From IMG/VR virus record IMGVR_UViG_3300018080_005856, positions 32,001-96,000 of that record: a DNA stretch of 64,000 nucleotides, one strand, 5' to 3'. Shown piece after piece: positions 55,968-64,000 of this stretch; the first letter of the stretch is position 1; every line of letters starts with the position of its first letter. The translations under genes and the position numbers were made by a program. The notes beneath the pieces are model-generated. The model had not been told where the DNA came from. It made no database searches and saw only the letters and a list, made by a program, of their open reading frames with translations. This DNA comes from a virus.

Positions 55968-57941
55968 TCACCTATACCAAATGTCCCATGCCCAGCGGTC
56001 AGCTCCTTCACCTGTCAGCATAATAAGCTTATCTTTAAAAGATTCCATAGTATGCCCGCGTCTGGGTATAACTTCGCTATTAAAGCTTACAGGATTCCAT
56101 GTTATACCGTCAGATGACGACCAGGTGTCGTCACGGCGGCCAAAGGTGTAAGGGCTTTCATCATCAAAATGTACCCTTAAACATACAGCAGTACAGTAGG
56201 CGTCATGTGTATATTCAATAGTGCCGTAACTTACCAGTGTGACCCCAACTTCCAAATCTGTAATTTCCGCCCAGGTCCAGGGCACCCCGGTGTCCGGGTT
56301 GTCTGTCCAGGTGTATGTTCTGCCTTCATAATTGCCTGTTGTAGATATTATTGGATCCAGATCTGTAGATTCAAATATAGAACCGTTTGTCATTATAGCT
56401 GCCCTCGCATTTGCAGAGGAACCGCTCCTTCTCACAGAAACAAACACCTCTATGCTTGCTATATAGCCGCCCCAGGCCAGAGGATTGTCCTCTACCTCGT
56501 AGAGGTCCCTGTAAGTGCCTCCGGATGGAGGACCGCCTTCAGTAGATACCCTGGTTATATCACCATCTATTTCTCCCGGATCATTTACACTGCTGTAATG
56601 CGGAGAAGATGGGGGATACGGCATGCTGGTTTCTGAACCATCGCCAGTCACCATCAGTACACCTACTGCCGGGATCCCATACTCTCCGCCGTTGATCCAT
56701 AACTTCCCGTCATGCACTGCGGAAGCAAACATTGCTCGTGTTCCAAAACCTATACCAGCTGGAGGTACTTTGTCCCATACAAGGCCGTCAGACGAATGCC
56801 ACACTTCTGAACTATAGGTATAGCCAGTTATAAGACCATACGAAGACGGTGAAGAACTGTATGAGCATGACATGCCGCCGATAAGCCACATCTCATTATT
56901 GAATACCCGCAACTCAAATAGGGTCCTGCTGGTGAATATGTCCCTGACGTGAGCCCAGTCTGCTGCATTGAATGGATAAGAAGGCCCATGGTCAACTATG
57001 CACGTGTAATGAGAATTATAGTGTGTGACAATATCGCCTACAGAGTAGGACATATCGTACCGCCATCTTGGCGGAGTTACAAGCTCCCAGTCTACTCCGT
57101 TTGTAGACCGCCATACATCATTCTCAAATCCCATTCCGATACAGCCGCCTATAACCCACATGTAACCATCAAAAGAGACAGCTTTATGGCCGGCCCTACC
57201 GCAGAACCCGGGACTGTTCGTTGCTCTGTGCCAGTCTGTGCCATCATAAGAGTACCATACGTCATCGTTGTATGTAGTATCCAGAGACCGGCCTCCTATG
57301 TTCCATATTCTGCCATCATATACGCATGCTGCACTTGCATGGTTGGATATGTTTTCAAAGACAGGATGTTCTGTAGCCAGATACCAGTTGACAGCGTCAT
57401 CTGTATACCATATATCATTAATGAAGTTACCCGAATCGAAGGTGGCTGTATTTACATAGTTCTGGTACCCATTAAAACCACCTATAACCCATAACTTGTC
57501 ATCAAATATAACTGACTGGTACAGACTTCTGGATCTGAACCATGACATTGAGGAAAGAGAAGCCCAGTTATCACCAACTTTTAGAGTATGGCCGGCAGCC
57601 ATTTGACTGTAATCACTGTACCCCTTACTATCACAGTATGCCTGAACCTGGTAGTAATAAAAGTATCCGTCTTTTACGTCAGTGTCAGTAAAGGACAGCT
57701 CTGTAGTTTCACCGATGTAATCTACAACTTCACAAGCTGCCCCGCTCCTGTAAATATAGTAGAGTTCAGCATACTCTACAGCATCCCAGGTTATTACTAC
57801 TCTATCGGCATAATCACCGCAGGTAGCGTGTATGTTTTCCGGTGCCAGATAAGGGGGCTCCTCTTGCTCTATGTCATCATGGCATAGACATCCTGAAAGG
57901 AGAATTAGTAGGAATTGACATAATATTGTTGCAGTCTTCAC
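55968..57941 (-). CDS. lipoprotein with FN3, Kelch-like propeller and CBM5/12-like insert
   Basis: GGAGG + GTG at 57941, lipobox LLSGC, FN3 (VVITWDAV...YYYQVQA), Kelch-like repeats, WRYDMSYSVGDIVTHYNSHYTC insert. Confidence 0.8.
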   Translation of the reverse strand: MKTATILCQFLLILLSGCLCHDDIEQEEPPYLAPENIHATCGDYADRVVITWDAVEYAELYYIYRSGAACEVVDYIGETTELSFTDTDVKDGYFYYYQVQAYCDSKGYSDYSQMAAGHTLKVGDNWASLSSMSWFRSRSLYQSVIFDDKLWVIGGFNGYQNYVNTATFDSGNFINDIWYTDDAVNWYLATEHPVFENISNHASAACVYDGRIWNIGGRSLDTTYNDDVWYSYDGTDWHRATNSPGFCGRAGHKAVSFDGYMWVIGGCIGMGFENDVWRSTNGVDWELVTPPRWRYDMSYSVGDIVTHYNSHYTCIVDHGPSYPFNAADWAHVRDIFTSRTLFELRVFNNEMWLIGGMSCSYSSSPSSYGLITGYTYSSEVWHSSDGLVWDKVPPAGIGFGTRAMFASAVHDGKLWINGGEYGIPAVGVLMVTGDGSETSMPYPPSSPHYSSVNDPGEIDGDITRVSTEGGPPSGGTYRDLYEVEDNPLAWGGYIASIEVFVSVRRSGSSANARAAIMTNGSIFESTDLDPIISTTGNYEGRTYTWTDNPDTGVPWTWAEITDLEVGVTLVSYGTIEYTHDAYCTAVCLRVHFDDESPYTFGRRDDTWSSSDGITWNPVSFNSEVIPRRGHTMESFKDKLIMLTGEGADRWAWDIWYR

Positions 57942-58233
57942 AATGTACCTCCAAGGTAGCATGATCTAGATTTACTACCGGTGGGTTCCAGAAGTGAGCT
58001 ATGTGAGATACATATCTTAATGAAGCCGTCTCCAGGGACCCATCGCGTTGTTCCCGCACGGACTCGTACTTATTAGTCATGAGTAGTTGTTCACTATGAT
58101 TTGTGAACAAATATATCCAGTCAGTATCTGACTGTAATGCCTATCTCACATATGTAGGAAAGCTTTCCTAGTTGGAACTATATTTCGCGTTTCCGAGTGT
58201 TAGACCAGAAGCATCTTCTGGTTAGTGCCTTTC

Positions 58234-58650
58234 CTATCTTGCTTCTTTACAAGCTTTATCCATTTCTTCGTTAAACTCCCGATTAACATGGACAGCTGTT
58301 ATTGTTACATCATTCTCCTTCTCTATTTTAGATATTCTATCTTTATATGGTCTTAGCTTTCTACTCTTTACATTGTATACTCCGGTTAATTGGAGAACAA
58401 CAAGTTCAGAGTCACCTATTACCCGTATCAATGTAGCATCTGGATCAGCAACCATGAGAGTTTCGATCCCAACCGTAACAGCTTCCCACTCAGCTTCATT
58501 GTTTGTATGGATCCCATCCATTCTCCAGCTCTGTTCTATGATTGCACCAGAATCTGAAGTTGCTTTGAACGCGCAGCTGGCTTTCCCAGGATTGGGACTA
58601 GCGCCTCCATCAAATCTCAGTGTCCATACGTGTAGCTTCTTCTGTTCCAT
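58234..58650 (-). CDS. rnhA: ribonuclease HI
   Basis: FDGGASPNPG, TNNEAEW, GDSELVV and HVNREFNEEMD; all four acidic catalytic residues present. Confidence 0.9.
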   Translation of the reverse strand: MEQKKLHVWTLRFDGGASPNPGKASCAFKATSDSGAIIEQSWRMDGIHTNNEAEWEAVTVGIETLMVADPDATLIRVIGDSELVVLQLTGVYNVKSRKLRPYKDRISKIEKENDVTITAVHVNREFNEEMDKACKEAR

Positions 58651-58819
58651 TGACAGCCTCCTTATTGGAATCCTTGGCTTCCAGAGGTTCTGTCTTCTTC
58701 CTACGTACTACTAGACGTTTTCCACACTTCAGACATTCCTTCTGACTTGGGTCATCTATGAAGTTCTTTACTCCGCAGCTGCATAGTATTTCCCTGTATT
58801 TATATCTTATCTCTTCCAA
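58610..58819 (-). CDS. small zinc-ribbon protein
   Basis: CSC...CLKC. Confidence 0.6.
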   Translation of the reverse strand: MEEIRYKYREILCSCGVKNFIDDPSQKECLKCGKRLVVRRKKTEPLEAKDSNKEAVNGTEEATRMDTEI

Positions 58820-58829
58820 TGCAATCCCT

Positions 58830-59123
58830 CTAGTTGTATTTTATAAGTGATGTAACGGTATAGGAAAAGAACGAGGTAAGGAATCCTTGTAGCACGGGAT
58901 ACAGCCATGTGTCTATCCCTTCGGGTTTGATGATGAAGGATCCAAACACCCCTACCCAGAAACCTATACATTGTGAACAGTATAAGAACTTGGATAGGTA
59001 CGTATCTACGGGAGGAGATACCATCTCTATTATCTTATCTTTAATACCATCAAGGAGAAAGGCATTACTCATAGAAACAGTTACAGCTACCCATATAGTA
59101 TTTACTATTATAAACTTAGTCAT
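58830..59123 (-). CDS. DUF1360-like membrane protein
   Basis: LYCSQCIGFWVG motif with hydrophobic segments. Confidence 0.65.
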   Translation of the reverse strand: MTKFIIVNTIWVAVTVSMSNAFLLDGIKDKIIEMVSPPVDTYLSKFLYCSQCIGFWVGVFGSFIIKPEGIDTWLYPVLQGFLTSFFSYTVTSLIKYN

Positions 59124-59535
59124 TTGACTCTTCTTCTAATAATGGTTTCAAAGCCAACCTCACCAGTCTGGCTATGTTAAAAGCCACGTCGAGAAATGAC
59201 CCCTCCTTTATAGCTTGTTTCACTCCGTCGTATTGATTACCACAGCCTGTCATTCCTGGCTCTTTCAGCACACAACCTTCACATCTATCCTTGATATATA
59301 TATGACATAGCGGGCACATTTCCTCAGTCGTAACGTGTCCTATATGTTGTCTGATACTCTTGTCTAAAACGGCTATAGTAAGATATTTACCAACAAGAGA
59401 ATAAGCCTGGAGAAGCTCATCAGGGTACTTTCCTCTCATCTCATTTACAGTATCTACGGACAGCTGTGCGATACGTCTTATAAGTTCTTCTCCATGCATC
59501 CGTTGCGGCACCTCCTTACAACCGGGAGTTCCCAT
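59116..59535 (-). CDS. Cys-cluster hypothetical protein
   Basis: CPLC...CEGCVL...GC. Confidence 0.65.
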   Translation of the reverse strand: MGTPGCKEVPQRMHGEELIRRIAQLSVDTVNEMRGKYPDELLQAYSLVGKYLTIAVLDKSIRQHIGHVTTEEMCPLCHIYIKDRCEGCVLKEPGMTGCGNQYDGVKQAIKEGSFLDVAFNIARLVRLALKPLLEEESND

Positions 59536-59551
59536 CTCTTTCTATATACTC

Positions 59552-59788
59552 TCATTGTCCTGGGTCAAGCTCAATAATGCTGGATATAGTATGATAGTCT
59601 ATCACAGCTTTTGTATTCAGTATTATACTACTTTCCGTTATCTTTATTACTATTCCTGTCGCTATGTTTGTTGTCGGTGCTAGTTGAGTTGTAAAAGTAT
59701 TGTACCATATTCCTACAATCTTTCCCACTAGACCAGAGTACCTGACTATACTCATTAAACCGCTGCTGCCAGTGTGTTCAATCCTCAT
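59552..59788 (-). CDS. putative Sm-like protein (family A-like)
   Basis: LVGKIVGI...ATGIVIKITESSIIL...VIDYHTISSII. Confidence 0.55.
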   Translation of the reverse strand: MRIEHTGSSGLMSIVRYSGLVGKIVGIWYNTFTTQLAPTTNIATGIVIKITESSIILNTKAVIDYHTISSIIELDPGQ

Positions 59789-59796
59789 GGTGTTTC

Positions 59797-60063
59797 CTAT
59801 CCAATAGAAACATCTATTTTAAGCTCAACTGGAACTACCTTACAATATCGAACGTTATTGGCTCCCCACTTTTCAACCGCCGTAACATATATGGCCTTCT
59901 TTATCTTCATGTCTTGTGGTGATGATGAATATTCATCAAAACTCACAACCGTCTGCGTCTGGCCCTTCGGCGTCAGCTTTCGTATCAGAAGGAACTCCAC
60001 TGTCGGGAGGTCCACCATTAGCTCCTCCTTGGTCTGGTTCTGCTCCTTTATCTTCCCCGCCAT
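59797..60063 (-). CDS. hypothetical protein
   Basis: AGGAGG RBS; overlaps the 3' end of the upstream ORF. Confidence 0.6.
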   Translation of the reverse strand: MAGKIKEQNQTKEELMVDLPTVEFLLIRKLTPKGQTQTVVSFDEYSSSPQDMKIKKAIYVTAVEKWGANNVRYCKVVPVELKIDVSIG

Positions 60064-60382
60064 CTTCTGGTTTCCTCCTTCTTATAGCTGATATCTCTTC
60101 TTTCATGGTATGTGTGTCCAACCATCTCTCCTTTTCCTCTTCCATAATACTATTGAGTGCCTTAGACAGAGCATACTGGAGTACCTTAGCTGGTGCTCTA
60201 TTGTCACTCTTTACACTCATTCCTATGGATAACTTTCTTGTTATCCTCGACCCAGGCCCGTCTGGGCTGTCTGGGTCAGGAACAATAATATCGATAGATT
60301 CCTGATATGTTTGCCATAAGGAATCTGTCCATAGATTATCCCGCATACCTCTGGTAGCGTCATCAAGTTCATTATCACCCAT
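59936..60382 (-). CDS. hypothetical protein
   Basis: GAGG RBS directly after recA. Confidence 0.6.
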   Translation of the reverse strand: MGDNELDDATRGMRDNLWTDSLWQTYQESIDIIVPDPDSPDGPGSRITRKLSIGMSVKSDNRAPAKVLQYALSKALNSIMEEEKERWLDTHTMKEEISAIRRRKPEDGGEDKGAEPDQGGANGGPPDSGVPSDTKADAEGPDADGCEF

Positions 60383-60389
60383 ATAATCC

Positions 60390-61484
60390 TCACATTATTT
60401 CCTGTTGTTGTTCTGCAGACATCAGCTTGGTGTTGAGTACATTTGGATCCCTGCATATCGCAGCAATCTCATCTAGGATTGGCTTGTTGTTCAGAAGGAA
60501 TTCTGTGACATTAGCCGCTCCCTGCCCCAGTCTTTCGCCATTGTATGAATACCAAGTACCAGCCTTGGTTATGACTCCCAATTTGGAGCCCATATCTACT
60601 ATTCCAGATGCTACTGTCTTCTTGGCATCATAGTACATTGTGAACTCTTCAACAGCATAGGGAGGACCCACTTTATTCTTTATAGCTTTTACCTTTACAG
60701 TGTTTGCATACGCATCACTTCCAGATGTAAGCACACCAGTCTTTCTCATATCAAGACGAAGTGATGAGTAGAATTTCAGTGCATTTCCTCCAGTGGTTGT
60801 TTCGGGGCTACCAAACATAACCCCTATTTTGTGCCTTATCTGGTTTATGAATATGACACATGTCTTACTCTTGGCAATATTTCCGGTGAGTTTCCTTAGT
60901 GCCTGACTCATCAGCCTAGCCTGGAGACCCATATGGGAATCACCCATACTACCTTCCAGTTCAGCTCTAGGCACAAGAGATGCTACAGAGTCTATTACTA
61001 TTACATCTATTACTCCCGACTTTACACCGTCCTCTACCATACTCAGAGCGTCTTCTCCAGTATCTGGTTGAGCAATGTTCAGCTTCTTTACTCCTATATT
61101 GCTTACGTGTCCAGGTTCCAGAGCATGCTCCATATCAACATATAGATGTTTTCCACCCATGGCCTGTGCCTGCTGTATCACATGTAAACATAGGGTTGTT
61201 TTGCCAGACATTTCTGGGCCTATTATCTCGGTTATTCTTCCTCTGGGTATTCCTCCCACCCGGGTTACCCTGTCTACTGGAAGGATACCGGTGGGTATTA
61301 CTTCTACCTTAGAAGTAGTTTCTTCAGCCTCTTCAGCACTATCACCGAATACCATAATAGAACCATCTCCATAGGTCTTACGCATCTTGACAAGAGCCTC
61401 TTCATACAGTTCCTCTCTGCTCTTGTCTTTGTTTGGAGCCTCCTCAGGGGCTTTAGTAGTTTTACCTTTTGTTGCTTTACTCAT
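60390..61484 (-). CDS. recA: recombinase RecA
   Basis: GGIPRGRITEIIGPEMSGKTT, IDSVASLVP, GLQARLMSQALRKL, FINQIR and ETTTGGNALKFY. Confidence 0.97.
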   Translation of the reverse strand: MSKATKGKTTKAPEEAPNKDKSREELYEEALVKMRKTYGDGSIMVFGDSAEEAEETTSKVEVIPTGILPVDRVTRVGGIPRGRITEIIGPEMSGKTTLCLHVIQQAQAMGGKHLYVDMEHALEPGHVSNIGVKKLNIAQPDTGEDALSMVEDGVKSGVIDVIVIDSVASLVPRAELEGSMGDSHMGLQARLMSQALRKLTGNIAKSKTCVIFINQIRHKIGVMFGSPETTTGGNALKFYSSLRLDMRKTGVLTSGSDAYANTVKVKAIKNKVGPPYAVEEFTMYYDAKKTVASGIVDMGSKLGVITKAGTWYSYNGERLGQGAANVTEFLLNNKPILDEIAAICRDPNVLNTKLMSAEQQQEIM

Positions 61485-61605
61485 TAGTGTTCCTCCTTGT
61501 TTATTTCCCTCTATAAGTTCCAGACCTCATAGTCTTTGTATCCTCAATATGATACAATACACCATGTAACTATATATTGTCAAGCACATATCAACGGAGA
61601 AATAT

Positions 61606-64000
61606 ATGGGTAATAGACCCTCTAATTCTGAGAATATAATACTTCCTGACCCTATAACCTATGACGCATACAACCGTGGCTATAAAAGCGGAGCTCAAAC
61701 ATCCATCTTTATAGGCCCTATATGGGTAGAGGAGCTCGTCTCAGTACAGGTAAGAAGTCAGACAACCGATGTACCAGTATGGGGATACTCGAATCCTTAC
61801 TATGGTGACATACTTCAAGGAAACTATCAGGTAACAGGACAACTAGCTGTTTCTTATACTGAACCAGATTATCTGTTGAGAATAATAAACACAGCCAGGA
61901 ACGCGAGTATTCAAGACGATGAACTTGCTGCTCTCATAGAGCAAAGGAAAAGCATATTTCTGGACACTGTGAAGTATAAGCTTATCCAAGAACAAAAGAT
62001 GCAGGGTAATCTGGATATAGATGATATCTCTACCATACAAACTGCTGAAAGGTTTGTTCAAAGAATAACAAGAGAGGTAGAAACAACTGTTCTGAACACT
62101 GGTGGGACTGTAAGGAATAATGCGTTCGAGATAACCATAATAACTGGGAACATAGAATCTGGTGACTCGTCCATAGACATATATGAGGGCGTTAAGATAA
62201 TGGGTACTGGTAAAGTAATCAGTACAGATGATACTGCCATTATAGAAATGTATGAGTTCATGGGTAGAAAGAAACCAGATCTTAAAAAGCCAATAGTAGT
62301 CCAGGCAATATCAAATAGACTGTCTAAAGCCAATCTCATGTCTATGGCTAAAGAAGTTACAGATAAACTTATAGATAGGGTAATGGAGCCGCCAACGATG
62401 TTGGCGTCAAGCCTAACACCGCGGGCAATGGAATTAGGATCCACGGACAAAATTGCTATAGCCGGGCATCTACCAAGGAAACCAAGGTTTTATGGAAAGG
62501 AATGCTCTTTCTCAGAAATATCATTCGCTATGGAGCACCCAGATACATTTACAGAGTATACCGATGAGAATGATGAAGTAACACCAATAGTATCGGATTC
62601 AAAGCTTAAGATATACAATAAAGACAGTATAACTCCCAGTGAAGTAGACATAAAGCTGACGTGCCCATTCGTAGATCCTGTTAATGAGGGGCAGCGGAAA
62701 GGGTTTGACAATAGATTCGGTAGACTGGTATCACCAGATAGAGAACATACTGCAAACCATGTAAATGCTGTGGCCCCTATAGAACCGGCAAGCATAATAG
62801 ACCATGTAGGTGGCTCTATAGTAATGCCAAGATACGAAAGCAAAGAGTTTGAGATAGGATCATATTATCCGCCAGAAATAGTAGACATAAGTACATTTGA
62901 ATACGATGAGGAAGACCTCCCTACTCTTACTGCAGGAACATTATGGTGCAATACACTTGGGTTCAGATCTAGTACATCTAAATATGTTAGAGCAAAAGAC
63001 CTGACACCGGAGGAACTTGCATCTGATGCAAGAATAGGAGATATAGCTCAGCCGATGAACACCCTGGCCATAATAGGTGGAGTAATGGCAGAGTGGGAAG
63101 AAGATGAAGACACATTCTCATTTAAGATAGATGTTCCTAGGGCTATTGACTATGTAAATACACATAAGGGTTCTGATAAAGTGACAAAGAGAGAAATGCT
63201 CCTAGGCAAGCCCGGACATTTCCTAAATATAAGAATGGATGCCTCAACCGAGGAATTTGACAGTGCATCCACAAGAAGAACAAACTACGACAATGACTCG
63301 TCAGAAACAGCCACATATGATTGGATCTCAATTGAAGGACCATTGGTAGATGAGAGCAACAGTGCTGTAGAGAATACACAGGCTGATGATACTTCTACTA
63401 CTACCCCTCCGCCCGTTAATGACTGGAAGATATATGAGAACTCTGAGTTCGCTATATCATATGAGTCAATAGATATGCCACTTCCCTCTACAGGAGATCC
63501 TGATACATTGTCTCCACACTACTTTGAGATAACTCTTAATATAACTCAGGCTGATCTAGCTACCTCACTGAATAAGACCCTGTATATTACACCATTTATA
63601 TTTATGGATAATGACTCAGCAGAGTCTACACTTACATCATACGGGCCTCCTCCAGAATATGGTATAACAGTAACCCCGGAGAAAACTCCATCTGGGACCG
63701 ATATAGATAGCTACTTTGGAAGCGACGATAAATCATCTTTTGACAGATTAGCATATTTCCTTAGCAGCAGAAATGGCAACGATGATAGTTGTGATGTAGA
63801 AATAGTGTTTGACTGTGTAGTAGCAGACCAGGCTGGGTATTATAGTACAGATGGAAGGGTAAAAATATATGGCATATATTTTATCAAAACACCAAACGAC
63901 TATGATACAGTGGTAGCTGATGATGGTTCTTCTCAGAGCAGAACCAGTCTGGGAGAACCCAGACAGGTAAGAGTGTTCTTCCTAGCCGGTATAATGCCGC
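61606..64000 (+). CDS. tube-like domain baseplate/tail protein (3'-partial, not in ORF track)
   Basis: GGAG RBS, ATG at 61606, frame appears open to the window end; N-terminal SGAQTSIFIG...VPVWGYSNPYYG...GNYQVTGQL...YL tube-like domain. Confidence 0.75.
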   Translation, partial: MGNRPSNSENIILPDPITYDAYNRGYKSGAQTSIFIGPIWVEELVSVQVRSQTTDVPVWGYSNPYYGDILQGNYQVTGQLAVSYTEPDYLLRIINTARNASIQDDELAALIEQRKSIFLDTVKYKLIQEQKMQGNLDIDDISTIQTAERFVQRITREVETTVLNTGGTVRNNAFEITIITGNIESGDSSIDIYEGVKIMGTGKVISTDDTAIIEMYEFMGRKKPDLKKPIVVQAISNRLSKANLMSMAKEVTDKLIDRVMEPPTMLASSLTPRAMELGSTDKIAIAGHLPRKPRFYGKECSFSEISFAMEHPDTFTEYTDENDEVTPIVSDSKLKIYNKDSITPSEVDIKLTCPFVDPVNEGQRKGFDNRFGRLVSPDREHTANHVNAVAPIEPASIIDHVGGSIVMPRYESKEFEIGSYYPPEIVDISTFEYDEEDLPTLTAGTLWCNTLGFRSSTSKYVRAKDLTPEELASDARIGDIAQPMNTLAIIGGVMAEWEEDEDTFSFKIDVPRAIDYVNTHKGSDKVTKREMLLGKPGHFLNIRMDASTEEFDSASTRRTNYDNDSSETATYDWISIEGPLVDESNSAVENTQADDTSTTTPPPVNDWKIYENSEFAISYESIDMPLPSTGDPDTLSPHYFEITLNITQADLATSLNKTLYITPFIFMDNDSAESTLTSYGPPPEYGITVTPEKTPSGTDIDSYFGSDDKSSFDRLAYFLSSRNGNDDSCDVEIVFDCVVADQAGYYSTDGRVKIYGIYFIKTPNDYDTVVADDGSSQSRTSLGEPRQVRVFFLAGIMP

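Noticed and set aside
29541-63379. Numerous antisense ORFs in the track opposite long genes
   Set aside because: They are shadows of well-supported genes on the other strand, with no RBS or recognisable motifs.
1-64000. CRISPR array, integrase/att site, transposase or DGR
   Set aside because: No equal-length repeat-spacer series, recombinase, transposase or reverse transcriptase was recognised; the recurring motifs are separated by whole genes.
1-64000. Stop-codon reassignment
   Set aside because: Core genes are intact in the standard code, and TAG, TGA and TAA all end genes at sensible positions.

Overview
A 64-kb segment of a large tailed dsDNA phage with a contractile tail, using the standard genetic code and strong AGGAGG RBSs. 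No integrase or CRISPR array was seen. (1) 1-20.8 kb is a leftward early/accessory region of about 45 short genes. It holds tRNA-Pro(TGG), a family of Sm/Hfq-like small proteins and an RNase H-fold protein. It also holds a Cas7/RAMP-like gene followed by a 5-nt-periodic non-coding RNA and an accessory gene (VIPR-like RNA-guided module), and an 814-aa YonO/QDE-1-like single-subunit two-barrel RNA polymerase with a non-canonical DCDD motif. About 20 copies of a TTTCCATA-N4-TG promoter-like motif lie downstream of that polymerase gene. Two hammerhead ribozymes, tRNA-like minihelices and several structured ncRNA candidates, one about 630 nt, also lie here. (2) 21-28.7 kb is a rightward operon with five tandem paralogs. 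(3) 28.7-36.2 kb is mostly leftward: a metallophosphoesterase, a Cas4/RecB-like nuclease fused to a long helical protein, and basic proteins. (4) 36.3-54.9 kb is the morphogenesis module: terminase, portal, protease/scaffold, capsid, neck, sheath and tube. (5) 55-61.5 kb is a leftward block with two Kelch-like lipoproteins, RNase HI and recA. (6) From 61.6 kb a tube-domain baseplate protein runs off the window. All assignments are by-eye motif recognition; no database search was run.
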